Part shown: positions 13,463 through 25,545 of the stretch, in pieces
How the letters are laid out: every line of letters begins with the position of its first letter
Numbering within the stretch: position 1 is the first letter of the stretch
NCBI RefSeq assembly: GCF_006345805.1
Contig: NC_043018.1
Coordinates: 19,964,001 to 20,028,000, forward strand
DNA: 64,000 nucleotides
Direction: 5' to 3'
Source of the DNA: Octopus sinensis
Lineage: Eukaryota
The notes under the pieces: generated by a model
What the model was told of the DNA's origin: nothing
The model's input: the letters and a program-made list of their open reading frames with translations, nothing else
The model's database searches: none
Program-made: the position numbers and the translations under genes

Positions 13463-14607
13463 TCACAGCTACAGCATGGAGAAAAAACTCTTAGTCAATT
13501 TAAAATCATGACTGCAATGATAAAAAAAAAATTGTCATAAGAAGTAATGAAAATTACTATCAAAAAGGAAAAGGGAGGGAACTCTTGGACTATATTTAGT
13601 AATCTGTTTAGATTCATATTCATATTTCTTCTTATTTTCTAACTAGATTTATTACTGGGTCATCGTGGCAAAGAAGGGAACAGTGAGAAAGAAGGGGAGC
13701 TATGGCTGAAGTACATATAAAATATTTCCTCTGGGTTTTACTTCTTACTGTGGCATCAAAGAACGTGTAGAATCTTCCAGCCAGGTGGATCTTCAGAGTA
13801 ACACTGAATGACCACAAGGAGTAAACAGCTTTATTTCTTGGCACCGTGGACACTTGGGATAAAATTGGACAAAAGAAGACAAACTAAGACTAAGACACTC
13901 TCACACACACAGAGCTTACAGATGGGATCCAAAGATTCTCTGTGCAGAAGACACTTAGCAGTGCCCAAAAGGTTCAAACTTAGATTCCAATATCTTTACA
14001 GGGGATCATTCCACAAGATAAAGAAACATTTACTTTGGATCACTCTTATATTTATATCTATGTAGATAGATAGACAGATAGATATATCTATATAGACAGA
14101 TAGGTACATAGATAGATAGCTAGCTAGATAGATATCGTGTGTGTCATACATAAACTCTTTTACTGTATATAGTGTACAGAAAATGGCTCATAAGAGTCAG
14201 TCACTGGTAATCTTGATGGACAGCCTTTGCTTGCACCCCTAGAATTTCCTAACACTGCCACCACCACCACCACTGCTACTCTTGTTGCCGCTTGCTGGGT
14301 TTTATTGGTTAGGTAATATCACACGGTGGCAAAGCTATCGAATGCATCTCTGCAAATGTTAATATCACATCGAAACAGATTCCACCGTTGACAGACCTTA
14401 CTGATGCTTCACTTTGAATTATCTGTTGGTTGTGAGTTATTGTTCGGTAATTACACATAAGGGTTTGACCCCTGTCAACTCTCAACATTGCTAAACTAAC
14501 AACGGTTCCGGCAAAGAAATAATACGCTTGGCAATAATTGGCAGTGACAACCAAGCAACAGCAGCCACGATGGTGTGACGCTTTCATTCGTAGTCACAAA
14601 GAGAACT

Positions 14608-14637
14608 TCATTTAAATCGCTCTGGTTTAATATAAAG
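14608..14637 (-). CDS. Candidate terminal coding exon (LYIKPERFK*) of a predicted minus-strand gene
   Basis: TGCTATTGCAG| acceptor; phase 0 matches the donor at 16300; no homology evidence. Confidence 0.25.
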   Translation of the reverse strand, partial: LYIKPERFK

Positions 14638-14719
14638 CTGCAATAGCACAGCTAACACTTACCGAAAATAATCCTTTCTTCTGTAGGCACAAGGCATGAA
14701 ATTTTGCGGGAGGGGTCTG

Positions 14720-15143
14720 GTGATATGTGCATATCTGATCACAAGCAGAAGTAGTGGGGGAGCATCATAGCTATGTGTTGAGAGCAATACTTTGGAGTTT
14801 GGATAATTCAGCTCTGGAAACATGGGTGGTTCATTCAACATCCTTAAACAAACCTTATTCAGAGACCTTTTGAACAGGATGGGCTACTCGACCTGATGAA
14901 AATTCTAACTGGGCCCCACTTGCAAGGTCATGCACTGTTTATCTTGATATGAGGTCACCATGTCCTGCACATATGATTGTGATGCATGTTCCTGGTGTAC
15001 CCTTATCAGACAGGTAGTCATGATGGTTGTACTGGGCTTCATATATTTTACCCCAATGTCACTTTGATGGCATGCACTGCTCTCTTACTCAATTAATAAT
15101 AATAATAATAATAATAATATAATAATAATAATAATAATAATAA
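14720..15143 (+). mobile_element. Retroposon 3' fragment ending in an (AAT)n tail
   Basis: Non-coding body ending CACTGCTCTCTTACTCAAT followed by (AAT)n to ~15143. Confidence 0.5.
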
Positions 15144-15576
15144 GACATGAATATTCCCTGTGATCACAATATAGTGGCGAAAGAATTTGACAAGATTAGT
15201 AAATATAAAGACCTGCTAATGGAAATTGAAAAAATGTGGCATCTCAAGTCGACTACAGTACCAGTGATTGTAGGATCTCTAGGAATGATTAAAAATGGCA
15301 CTGAAACCTATTTGAAAATGATTCCAGGCTTACCATCCCTACAGGAAGTGCAAAAAATCGTATTAACTGGAACAGCTCATGTACTGAGAAGAGCACTATC
15401 GCTGTGAAAATAACATCCATCCATGAATTTATTTATTTATTAATTTTTAAATACATATTTTATCTGTGAATTTGCACGTGTAATCTGGAAATGCATACAA
15501 TGCCCTTCTCTGCCCTAGGTGTATGGAAAACACTCGGTGAGAAACGGAAGAAAATTTGAAGAAAGAAGGAAAAAAC
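15144..15576 (+). mobile_element. 5'-truncated R4/Dong-like non-LTR retrotransposon (RLE endonuclease C-terminus plus 3' UTR) in (TAA)n
   Basis: DMNIPCDHNIVAKEFDKISKYKDL...VPVIVGSLG...LQEVQKIVLTGTAHVLRRAL* at 15144-15407; (TAA)n on both sides. Confidence 0.85.
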
Positions 15577-15789
15577 ATAATAATAATAATAATAATAATA
15601 ATATGGATGCTGGTGCAGCTGTGTAGGAAGAAGTTTGCTTCACAAGCACATGGTTTTGTGTTCTGTGCTACTGTGTCACAAGTTGGGCAAGGGTCTTCTA
15701 ACATGGCCCCCAGACTGGCCAAAGCCCTGCAAGTGGATTTTGGCAAACCGAAGGAAACTCATGGTGTGCATGTGTGCATGTGTGTGTGT

Positions 15790-16020
15790 GTGTGCGTGCG
15801 TGTGTACACGCCTCATTTGTTTCCAGTATTCTGCAAAAACATGTCCGGCCATGAGGATATGTTACCTCGCTTGCAAATGGGTGAGGATTGGTGACAGGAA
15901 GGGCATCCAGCTGTAGAAAATAAATTGCTGCAATAAAACTCTATTTGACACATTCAAACATGGAAAAGTGGACATTTTAAAACAGTGATGTCGATGATGA
16001 TCATGATGATGATGATGATG
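15790..16020 (+). mobile_element. Family C-like repeat, diverged
   Basis: GGAAGGGCATCCAGCTGTAGAAA and (GAT)n tail. Confidence 0.55.
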
Positions 16021-16299
16021 AGGTTGATAGACAGAGCAAACAGGATTTGCGATAATTTTAATAAAATATATTTTTATTTCTCATGATATTGCTGTGAACC
16101 CTTAATTAGTGAACCCGAGAAACGGAAAAAAATCAGCAATTATAATTAATTTTCAATTAATAAGATAATTATTTCACTAAGTGACTCGTTACATATTTTG
16201 TTGGGTTTTTTTTTGTTTTTTTTTAATTCTAATTTTTAAAACAAAAATTTTTATTTGATTTTTCCGTGTAAATACATAGACCAACATCCTAGATCATAC

Positions 16300-16466
16300 T
16301 TGATAACCAGAAAATATGGCTGGCGTATCGATTCTTCTTAATAAGTTCCTCAGCAGTTTATTGCACTCAGACAGATCTGACACGACTGCTTCCATGGACC
16401 GTTCCTGCCTGAAATCTAATTTACTCTTTCAGTTTGCACCATCAGGTGTCGCCACTTATTGCTGCA
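16300..16466 (-). other. Candidate internal exon of a minus-strand transcript (alternative acceptors at 16466, 16461, 16408)
   Basis: Very strong T-rich acceptor ...TTTTCTTTTTTCCCAG|, donor CAA|GTATGA; 16408-16300 reads QERSMEAVVSDLSECNKLLRNLLRRIDTPAIFSGYQ. Confidence 0.4.
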
Positions 16467-16624
16467 CTGGGAAAAAAGAAAAAAAAAAAAAAATTGGAAA
16501 AAAAAAAGAAAATTAACAAAATAAAAGCTAAAATACCCTAATGTGAAATACGAAACAAACAAACAAAAACATAAGTGGAAAACTCTTCTATTGGACGAAC
16601 AACTCGGAGAAATACATTTCTCAA

Positions 16625-16690
16625 TATTTTGTCATTAATGGTAATAAAAACAACAACAATAATAATAATAATCATAGTGATAATAATGAC

Positions 16691-16722
<32 letters not shown>

Positions 16723-16736
16723 TAACAATTATAGTG

Positions 16737-16780
<44 letters not shown>

Positions 16781-16790
16781 AATCATAGTG

Positions 16791-16849
<59 letters not shown>

Positions 16850-16859
16850 AATCATAGTG

Positions 16860-16903
<44 letters not shown>

Positions 16904-16911
16904 AATCAGTG

Positions 16912-16951
<40 letters not shown>

Positions 16952-17039
16952 TAATAATTATAGTGATAATAATAATAATAATAATAATATAATGATAATG
17001 ATAATAATCATAGTGATAAAATTGACAATAATAATGATA

Positions 17040-17088
<49 letters not shown>

Positions 17089-17098
17089 AATCATAGTG

Positions 17099-17148
<50 letters not shown>

Positions 17149-17213
17149 AATCATAGTGATAATAATAATATAATAATAATAATAATTAATAATAATAATG
17201 ATAATAATCAGTG

Positions 17214-17250
<37 letters not shown>

Positions 17251-17338
17251 TAATAATTATAGTGATAATAATAATAATAATAATATAATAATAATGATAA
17301 TGATAATAATCATAGTGATAAAATTGACAATAATAATG

Positions 17339-17381
<43 letters not shown>

Positions 17382-17404
17382 TAATAATAAAAACAGCAAC
17401 AACA

Positions 17405-17439
<35 letters not shown>

Positions 17440-17449
17440 AATTATAGTG

Positions 17450-17481
<32 letters not shown>

Positions 17482-17565
17482 AATAAAAACAGCAACAACA
17501 ACAATAATGATAATAACAATAAAAACAACAACAACAACAATAATAATAATAATAATAATAATTTT
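16625..17565. repeat. (AAT)n-derived satellite with a 302-bp higher-order duplication
   Basis: Markers CAGTGATA at 16907/17209 and ATTGACAATA at 17021/17323. Confidence 0.9.
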
Positions 17566-18249
17566 ACGTATTTTTTTTGGTGGATTTTTTTTCCCTGTTC
17601 GTTGGTGTTATTGATTATCATTTCTCCCCTCTTTTATCATAATTGTATTAATTACAGAGAGAGAGAGAGAGAGACAGACAAACAGACAGACAGACAGATA
17701 GAGATACAGATAAAGAGAGGGAGGGATAGAAAGAAAAGATCAACTTTTATGGTTATTCCTTCCATACTGTCATGTCTTACGTTAGAGTTGTTGTTGTTGT
17801 TGTTGTTGTTGTTGTCGGAGCAGAAGAAGGAAGTAAATCCATTTTTGTTTCTGTGTCTTTATATAATAAGATTATAAAATGTGTTTGCTCTGCCAACATC
17901 TCTTATGATAAAAGGGAGATGGAAGCCATGCACGCACGCATGCATATACATGCATGCCCACACACTCACAAACACACACACACACACACACACTTACTGG
18001 CCCTTCCAGACACACTCATACATCTACACATGCATACAAGCATACACACTCACATAGGCCTACAAATATATGCACACACACACACACACACACATGTGCA
18101 CAGAAGCCCACATGCGCACACATGCACACATGAATGTAGTTTCACACAGCATGGAACTTGTAAAATCTGATTTTTTTCCTCTTAATCCTAAGTGACCAAA
18201 CAGAAAGTGTGAACCTGCACTTCACCATGGTTCTTATTTCCAGCATCTT

Positions 18250-18470
18250 AATGAATCACATCAATAAACAACACAGCACGCAAAGCTTTTGCAAAAATTT
18301 TTTTCACACTCAGAATTGACAAAAGCATGGAATAAACTACCCACATTGGTTGTTAACCATCAAGACATTGGCATCCTTCAACAATTCCATGCTTCCTGGA
18401 ATTCACCAAAACTACTCTTGATTTACCTATGCACCAGGCATGTGCCATCAGTAATTACTCAGGGTAGGCA
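18250..18470 (+). mobile_element. CR1-type LINE 3' fragment, degenerate
   Basis: FFTLRI...AWNKLPTLVVNHQD across a frameshift; same family as 55370-55725. Confidence 0.7.
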
Positions 18471-19186
18471 GTTGGTCACCTTTAAGTAGTAAAACACAGG
18501 CACACGACTGAGTTGAAGGCAGATTTACTTCTGTCTTTATAGCACGTAAAGAAAACGTTGTTGTAGGAGTGTACGCAGCATGTGTACTACAGCAGTTCTA
18601 TGCATAGCTTAAATACTGAGATTGAAAAGCAGGGGTGAATTATGCCTACCTAATCTACAAAAAAATAAAATATTTTGCATTTTATACATAGTAATGAGAG
18701 TAACCTTCATGATTTTATTGAATTAGGTGCATATTTTGCCACAAAAGGAAAATGCAACTATCTATTTTATCCAAGGTAGGCACTGTCTACCTTGCCTACC
18801 CAGACAGCACGTCCTTGCTATGAACCCTTTCTTCTTTATTGTTCTTCCACTGTTCAGCTCTCTTGTCTTTTTTGTGTTTTCTTCTGTTTCTGATTCATGA
18901 ACTTTTGGCATTCTCCGCTGTCTTTCTTAACTTGACTTTTAGCTCCTTTCTCTCTCTTCTTTTAACCTTTTCCCAACATGTTCTGTGCACTTCACCACCA
19001 CTGTATGCAGTAACCACATTATCATTATTGTTATATATTTTCACAACAATTGTTTTTTTTCCAATTCTGAGTATAAGTTAGGTTTGTTGTTGCTATATAA
19101 ACTTAGCAACTGTGTCATTACCTGTCCACTCTTTTAATTTTTTCCGATGACTTGTGCATCCAAGCACTGTATACAGAAGTGCATTA

Positions 19187-19438
19187 TTGTTACTTCCACC
19201 GTAGCGAAGGCAGAGGTATTGTTTTCATTTGTGTTTGTTTGTCCATAGACAAGATATCTCAAGAACCACTGGATGGATTCAGATGAAACTTTCAGGCATG
19301 TTTGGCCTCATGACTGGCACGAACTGATTAGATTTTGGAATCAATCCAGTACAAAACAAGGATTCTGGATTATTTTTCTGTTTTTTTACTTAATTTTTGA
19401 GAGTGGTTGAATTCATTTTTAGTATTCTCATTTGTGAA
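19187..19438 (+). mobile_element. Helentron/DINE-like non-autonomous element, truncated
   Basis: TTACTTCCACC...GAGGTATTGTTTTC...GTTTGTTTGTCC...GGATGGATTCAGATGAAACT architecture. Confidence 0.45.
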
Positions 19439-20100
19439 TGTCACAGCTCTGTGATATTCATCTACCCTTACCTTGAGGGGGCGGCATGTTTCGCCTTTGT
19501 ATAACCTACCACAGCTGCATGGGATAAGATATACAAAGGTGAAACAAGCTGCCCCCTCAAAATAAGGGTAGAGGAACATCGCAAAGCTGTGACACGGGGA
19601 GATATTGATAAATTGGGTACAGCTGATCATGTATGGAAAAATAGAGACCACCTCCCCCTGTGGTATGAAGTTAAAAAATACGAAAACTAAAAGAAGCAGC
19701 AGATATGCTAGGACACAACAACCTCAAAAGCAGACCAAGTGCAGATATGAATAGCATATGGGAACCGGTATTAAGGAAGGATAGGAAAATATTAAATTTA
19801 TAAGACCTAAAATACACTCCATAATTGCCCATGGGCATATAGCGTAGTGGTTAAGAGTGCAGATTACTAATCCCAAGATTCTGAGTTCGATTCCAGGCAG
19901 TGTCCTGAATAATAATAATAATAATAATAATGATAATAACAACAACAACATAGAAAAATACCTTAGGAATGAGAACTCAGGTTCGAAATTTCCCCAAGAG
20001 GGAAATATGGAGGGTATATCAGCCGAAACATTGTGTTAACAACAAACAAGATGAGGACAAATATCCGTCAATTGTAAATAATGTAAATAATGTAAATACG
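19439..20100 (+). mobile_element. Penelope-like element 3' end: GIY-YIG fragment with 5' fold-back, tRNA-like segment and terminal repeat
   Basis: Plus strand IYKGETSCPLKIRVEEHRKAV...ADHVWKN...RKLKEAADMLGHNNL...WEPVL* (19529-19803); minus strand VYLIPCSCGRLYKGETCRPLKVRVDEYHRAV (19439-19533). Confidence 0.85.
19833..19903 (+). other. tRNA-like Pol III promoter segment inside the Penelope 3' region (not a functional tRNA)
   Basis: A box TAGCGTAGTGG, B box GAGTTCGATTCC; anticodon stem does not pair. Confidence 0.6.
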
Positions 20101-20214
20101 TACCAGCTGAGTACTGGGGTTGATTTAATTTACTTGGCCCTTTCTCCAAAACTGCTGACCCTGTGTTAAAATTTAAAACCACTATTATTATTATTATTAT
20201 TATCAGTATTATTA

Positions 20215-20490
20215 TTATTAATGGCTTAGTGGTTTTGGTGTTGCATTCACAATCTCAAGATCATGGTTTCAATTCCCAGACCAGGTGGTGAGTTGTGTTC
20301 ATAAGTTAAAAAACCCTTCATCTCGCATTGCTCTGTCATCACATTAACACCTGTTTCGTGGTACACAGTACACCTGTTCGGGCAACGTCAATTTAACGGA
20401 GAGAGTGAGCTAATTGCGCAGCATGGACATTTGATCAATATAAACACATCTTTTGTGCAGACCATTCAGCAGAAGCTTCGACGGAAGAGT
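20215..20490 (+). mobile_element. Old tRNA-derived SINE (E/D type), diverged
   Basis: TGGCTTAGTGGTT...GGTTTCAATTCCCAGACC head. Confidence 0.55.
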
Positions 20491-20893
20491 CCGTCGTTAT
20501 TATTATCACGATCGTCAACTAGTTTACGTCAGTGTTTTTATACATTCCAAGTGCAGGATAGTTGTTAGCCGTGGACAGAGAACTCATGTCATTAACTGTA
20601 TTCAAATCTTTGCAGTTTAAGCACCTCATTCCACTTAGGAAATAACAATAGCTCGGAAATACTCCTCTCCGATAGGATTTGTGTAAACTATTGATCACTG
20701 CAATAGTATAAGCTATAGATGATCAATATCGTAATTGGTTGCTTATAGACACATGTATGCATTATGTCCATTACTATCTTGGATGTTATATATCTGAGTG
20801 TTATATACGTGAATGGATTTCTTTATTATGTAACTGAATGATATACACAGCAATATTCCAGTTTTAAACCTATATTCATCCAGTCATTCAACC

Positions 20894-21125
<232 letters not shown>

Positions 21126-21349
21126 TGTGTCTCTGTCTGTCTTCCTTCCTTCCTTCCTTCGTGCCTCCTTTCTTGAAACGGGAAGGAAGAGCCATTTTCA
21201 TCGCACTTGTGGCTATGGCGAAAGAATGTGTATGGTAGACGTGTCTGAAAGGTCTAAAAACAAACACTTCCCTCTCTGGTGAATCTCTTATCAACTTCTT
21301 CAAGTATCACTTGAAGAGGAAGGTGAGAGTAGAGAGGCAAGTTTTGTAT

Positions 21350-21695
21350 ATAATGTGCAGGCAATGGCTCAGTGGTTAGAGCATCAAGCTTATGATCATA
21401 AGGTTTTGAGTTCAATTCCTGGACTGGGCTGCATGTTGTGTTCTTGAGCAAGACACTTTGTTTCACATTACTCCAGTTCACTCAGTTGTAGAAATGAGTT
21501 GCAACATCACTGGTGCCAAGCTGTATCGGCCCCTTTGCCTTTCCCTTGCATAACACCGGTGGCATGGAGATAGGGGTGGCTGGTGTACATGGGCAACTGC
21601 TGCTCTTCTATAAACAACCTTGCCCAGACTAGTGCCTCGGAGGGAAACTTTCTTGGTGCAGTTCCCATGGTTGTTCATGACCGAAGGGGATCACC
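21350..21695 (+). mobile_element. SINE family E (tRNA-Arg-like head, tail type 3)
   Basis: TGGCTCAGTGGTTAGAGC, GAGTTCAATTCC; tail AAACAACCTTGCCCAGACT...CATGACCGAAGGGG. Confidence 0.8.
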
Positions 21696-21744
21696 CTATA
21701 TTTAGCAGAAGTAACTGAGTGACCCAAGGGCCGAGAGTTTTGTG

Positions 21745-21920
21745 TATTGGCCCTTTGATAAGCGTCCATGCACAGAACTTCTATACATCAGGTGGAAAGC
21801 TGGCAGAATCATCAACATGCTGGGCAAAATGTACAGTAGCATTTCATCTGTCTTCGTGCTCTGAGTTCAAATCCTGCCAAGGTCGACTTTGCCTTTCATC
21901 CTTTCAGGGTTGATAAAAGA
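21745..21920 (+). mobile_element. SINE family B, 3'-truncated and diverged
   Basis: GAGTTCAAATCC...GGTCGACTTTGCCTTTCATCC. Confidence 0.65.
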
Positions 21921-21939
21921 GTGGAATATCTGTTCATAT

Positions 21940-22925
21940 ACCTGGCTGGTAATGTATATAGACTGTTAAATATTGTGACCTGTTCACTGTTTATAAACTG
22001 TTAAACTACCTGTAAATCTGTTCACAGTATGTAGAATTGTAAACTACTTGTGTGTCTGTTGACTGTATTTAGACAATTATGCTATCTATCACACTGTTAA
22101 CTGTGGGCAGGCCATTAAACTGTCTGCAACTTTGTTTACTGTGTGTTCACTGTTAAACTATTTGTGAACTGTACATTGTTAAACTGTCTGTGACACTGTT
22201 CATAATTGTATATAAATTTTGTTTACTGTATGGAGACAGCTTTAAGTTCTCTGTACCTCCGTTCACCATATGTAGACTTGTAAAGTTTTTGTGACACTAC
22301 TCAGTTTATGTCAACTGTTAAACTACCTCTGGCTATGTTCACTGTATGCTAACTATTTTTATATTGTTTATAGATAGTTAACTTACTTGTGTCTCTGTTC
22401 ACTGAATATAGACAATCTGGCTCTGTTCATTATGTTAAACTATGATGGCTGTTGTGCACTTATGTAGACAGTTCTTTTCTACTCTAGGCACAAGGCCTGA
22501 AATTTTTAGGGACCAGTCGATTAGATCAACCCCAGTATGTAACTGGTACTTAATTTATCGACCCTGAAAAGATGAAAGGCAAAGTCGACCTCGGCAGAAT
22601 TTGAACTCAGAACATAATGACAGACGAAATACCTATTTCTTTACTACCCATAAGGAGCTAAACACAGAGGGGACAAACAAGGACAGACAAATGGATTAAG
22701 TCGATTACATCGACCCCAGTGTGTAACTGGTACTTGATTTATCGACCCCGTAAGGATGAAAGGCAAAGTCGACCTTGGCGGAATTTGAACTCAGAATGTA
22801 GTGACAGACGAAATACCACTAAGCATTTCGCCCGGCGTGCTAATGTTTCTGCCAGCACGCCACCTTACATATGTAGACAGTTAAACTATATATATATTTG
22901 TTCATTGTAGGTAGACAGTTTTAGA
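21940..22925. repeat. Degenerate ~40-bp minisatellite (CTGTTCACTG/GACTGTTAAACT motifs) interrupted by a SINE dimer
   Basis: Recurrent TGTTAAACT and TGTTCAC motifs on both sides of the insertion. Confidence 0.6.
22474..22869 (-). mobile_element. Dimeric SINE family B with 13-bp TSD
   Basis: Two head-to-tail units, junction ~22631; TATGTAGACAGTT at 22461-22473 and 22870-22882. Confidence 0.9.
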
Positions 22926-23254
22926 GATTGTGGAATTTGCCCTTAACTTTACAGCCATTTATTTTTTTCTGTGTTTCAGTTTGAGTTGACAATGGAATTT
23001 CAAAAATTGAAATGGAAATGACTGACAGACAGGTAAGAAATTCATTCATGATAAATATGTATAAATATATATATATGTGCATATGCACACATACACACAC
23101 ACACACATGCACACACACGCACATATACACACATATGAAAACTAATAAGAGTCGGCTGAAAATGCACTAAAGTTTTGTACATTCATATATTTTTGAATAA
23201 AACATTTTATATTTTAACATCACATGTAAATATTTCTTTTATCATCTATCTGTT

Positions 23255-23290
23255 TGTCTGTCTGTCAATCTATCTGTCTAACTATCTGCT

Positions 23291-23322
<32 letters not shown>

Positions 23323-23462
23323 TGTATCTATCTATCTATCTATCCATCTATCTATCTATCTATCTCGATCTATCTATATATATCTATCTATCCATCTATC
23401 TACCTATACATACATACATTATACATACATACATACATACATACATACATACAGACATACAG

Positions 23463-23527
<65 letters not shown>

Positions 23528-23550
23528 TATATGTGTGTGTGTGTGTGTGT
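23255..23550. repeat. Compound (TATG)/(TATC)/(CATA)/(CA) microsatellite
   Basis: Direct inspection. Confidence 0.9.
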
Positions 23551-23879
23551 GAAAATAAAATTACAGATTTATGCTTTCACATGACACTAATATTTTCAGA
23601 AACAGTTTTACTACAAAAACATTAATGTAAATTTTCACAAGGTGTGTATTGAACTTACACACACACACATGCAAAAAACAAAGAAAGAAAAAAATTCACA
23701 TACCACTGAAAAAAGTTTTACTAAATAAATATTAGTGCAAGTTGTAACCAAACGAACTTTAGCACTTGAAAAATAAAAGAATCATATTTTTCTGACCAGT
23801 TTTTCACTGTTGTTTAACTTATCAAAGTTTAAAGTACGTTTTTATTATGTCTCTCTGCACCAGTTTCACATAGCAGCCC

Positions 23880-24276
23880 CAGACCATCCAAAGTACCTTG
23901 GATCGCAGAACGGCCTGCTGTGCTTACTTTGGATTGTAGGGCGACCTATTGTGCTTAAGGAGACCTATTGAGTCAAGTACATCAACATCAAAATAAAAAT
24001 CAAATGGAAATTATAGTCGTGATCCCTGTGTCGGTGGCATGTAAAAAGCACCAATCGATCGTGGCCGCTGCCAGCCTCCCCTGGCACCTGTGCCAGTGTC
24101 TCGTAAAAAGCACCCAATGCACTCATGGAGTGGTTGGTGTTAGGAAGGGCATCCAGCTGTAGAAACATTGCCAGATAAGACTGGACCTGGTGCAGCCTTC
24201 TGGCTTCCCAGACACCAGTCAAACCGTCCAACTCATGCTAGCATGGAAAGCGGCCGTTAAACGGTGATGATGATAG
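23880..24276 (+). mobile_element. Family C, longer copy extending further 5'
   Basis: AAAGTACCTTGGAT...GAGACCTATTGAGTCAAG, two GGCAC modules, (GAT)n tail. Confidence 0.65.
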
Positions 24277-24305
24277 TGATATATATATATATATATATAT
24301 ATATA

Positions 24306-24700
24306 CTCTTTACTCTTTACTCTTTTACTTGTTTCAGTCATTTGACTGCGGCCATGCTGGAGCACCGCCTTTTGTCGAGCAAACCGACCCCTGGGACTTA
24401 TTCTTTGTAAGCCCAGTACTTATTCTATCGGTCTCTTTTGCTGAACCGCTAAGTGACGGGGACGTAAACACACCTAGCAATGCTAGAGGGACAAACACAG
24501 ACACACAAACACACACATACATATATATATATATATACATATATACGACAGGCTTCTTTCAGTTTCCATCTACCAAATCCACTCACAAGGCATTGGTTGG
24601 CCCGGGGGCTATAGCAGAAGGCACTTGCCCAAGATTCCACGCTGTGGGACTGAACCCAGAACCATGTGGTTGGTTAGCAAGCTACTTACCACACAGCCAC
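24306..24700 (-). mobile_element. SINE family A
   Basis: Reverse copy. Confidence 0.85.
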
Positions 24701-24801
24701 ATATATATATATGTGTGTAGGTCCTGGGTTGAGTCGGGGTTAACCACAGTAAATAAGGTACTCAATACATGGCAGAGTAAATTAATTTATTTTATAGAAG
24801 G

Positions 24802-24851
24802 AGCTTCTACAGGACTAGAACTGTTTCATTCAAATGAAATCATCAGGAAGC
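24802..24851 (-). ncRNA. Type I hammerhead ribozyme, intact core (mirror copy)
   Basis: Exact reverse complement of the plus-strand motif; predicted cleavage between 24808 and 24807. Confidence 0.78.
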
Positions 24852-24933
24852 ACACACACACACATACACACATTCATAATGTACCATTCTCTTTAAAAGC
24901 CTTTTTTTTTTCCATTTTGATTTTCATTTGCAA

Positions 24934-24984
24934 AGCTTCCTGATGATTTCATTTGAATGAAACAGTTCTAGTCCTGTAGAAGCT
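24934..24984 (+). ncRNA. Type I hammerhead ribozyme, intact core
   Basis: AGCTTC-CTGATGA-tTTCAttTGAAt-GAA-ACAG(TTCTAGTC)CTGT-A|GAAGCT; predicted cleavage after 24978. Confidence 0.8.
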
Positions 24985-24995
24985 CCTTCTATAAA

Positions 24996-25031
<36 letters not shown>

Positions 25032-25035
25032 CATA

Positions 25036-25545
25036 TCTATATATATAAAACTCTAGTTGTGTGAGTGTCTGTCCCCTTCGATTTAGATTCCTAACTCCTC
25101 CCACATTTTGCGGTGCAGTTTAACCAAATTCGGGTATCTTATAGTCGTGATTCATATCGAGCCCGTCTGGCTATTAGCGCGCGTCTACGATGAGTCTACG
25201 ATTTTAAAAATAATTTAACATCATTTTTTATTCCATTTTAATGCATAATTTTTCGTGTGTCGATGGCGGCGGAGTTGGCGTCCATGGTCACAGCTGCACC
25301 TGTTTGCTTCTCCCCCTTCCCCCCCTCGTGAAGCTGTGGGGAAGGGAGTGTAAAGAAATCAACGTCGTAATGTGTTGTCAAGGAGACCAGCGTTCTTTTA
25401 GAACAACGACTTCATGGCTTGAAGACACCAAAACAGAAATGACTAAGAAAGCCCGAATTGGCATCTATAAGGGAAGTAACTCTCTAAAAATGCTTATATA
25501 GTTATTTCCCTTACAAACCCGAGCAACGCTGGGCGATACTGCTAG
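25036..25545 (+). mobile_element. Non-autonomous Helitron
   Basis: A|TC start, subterminal hairpin CCCGAGCAACGCTGGG, CTAG|T end, no TSD. Confidence 0.85.

Larger units (their letters stand above)
24719..25001. mobile_element. Penelope-like terminal repeat in inverted arrangement (67-bp perfect arms 24785-24851 and 24935-25001)
   Basis: Arms are 67/67 reverse complements; each carries a hammerhead core and AATAAA. Confidence 0.8.

Noticed and set aside
13680-14060. Protein-like stretches (MAEVHIKYFLWVLLLTVA..., FISWHRGHL)
   Set aside because: Short, in different frames, interrupted by stops, and no family can be assigned
14309-14587. Minus ORF with CQAYYFFAGTVVSLAMLRVDR resembling GPCR TM3
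   Set aside because: Cys-to-DR spacing is 20 rather than 25 residues, no other helices are present, and there is no splice support
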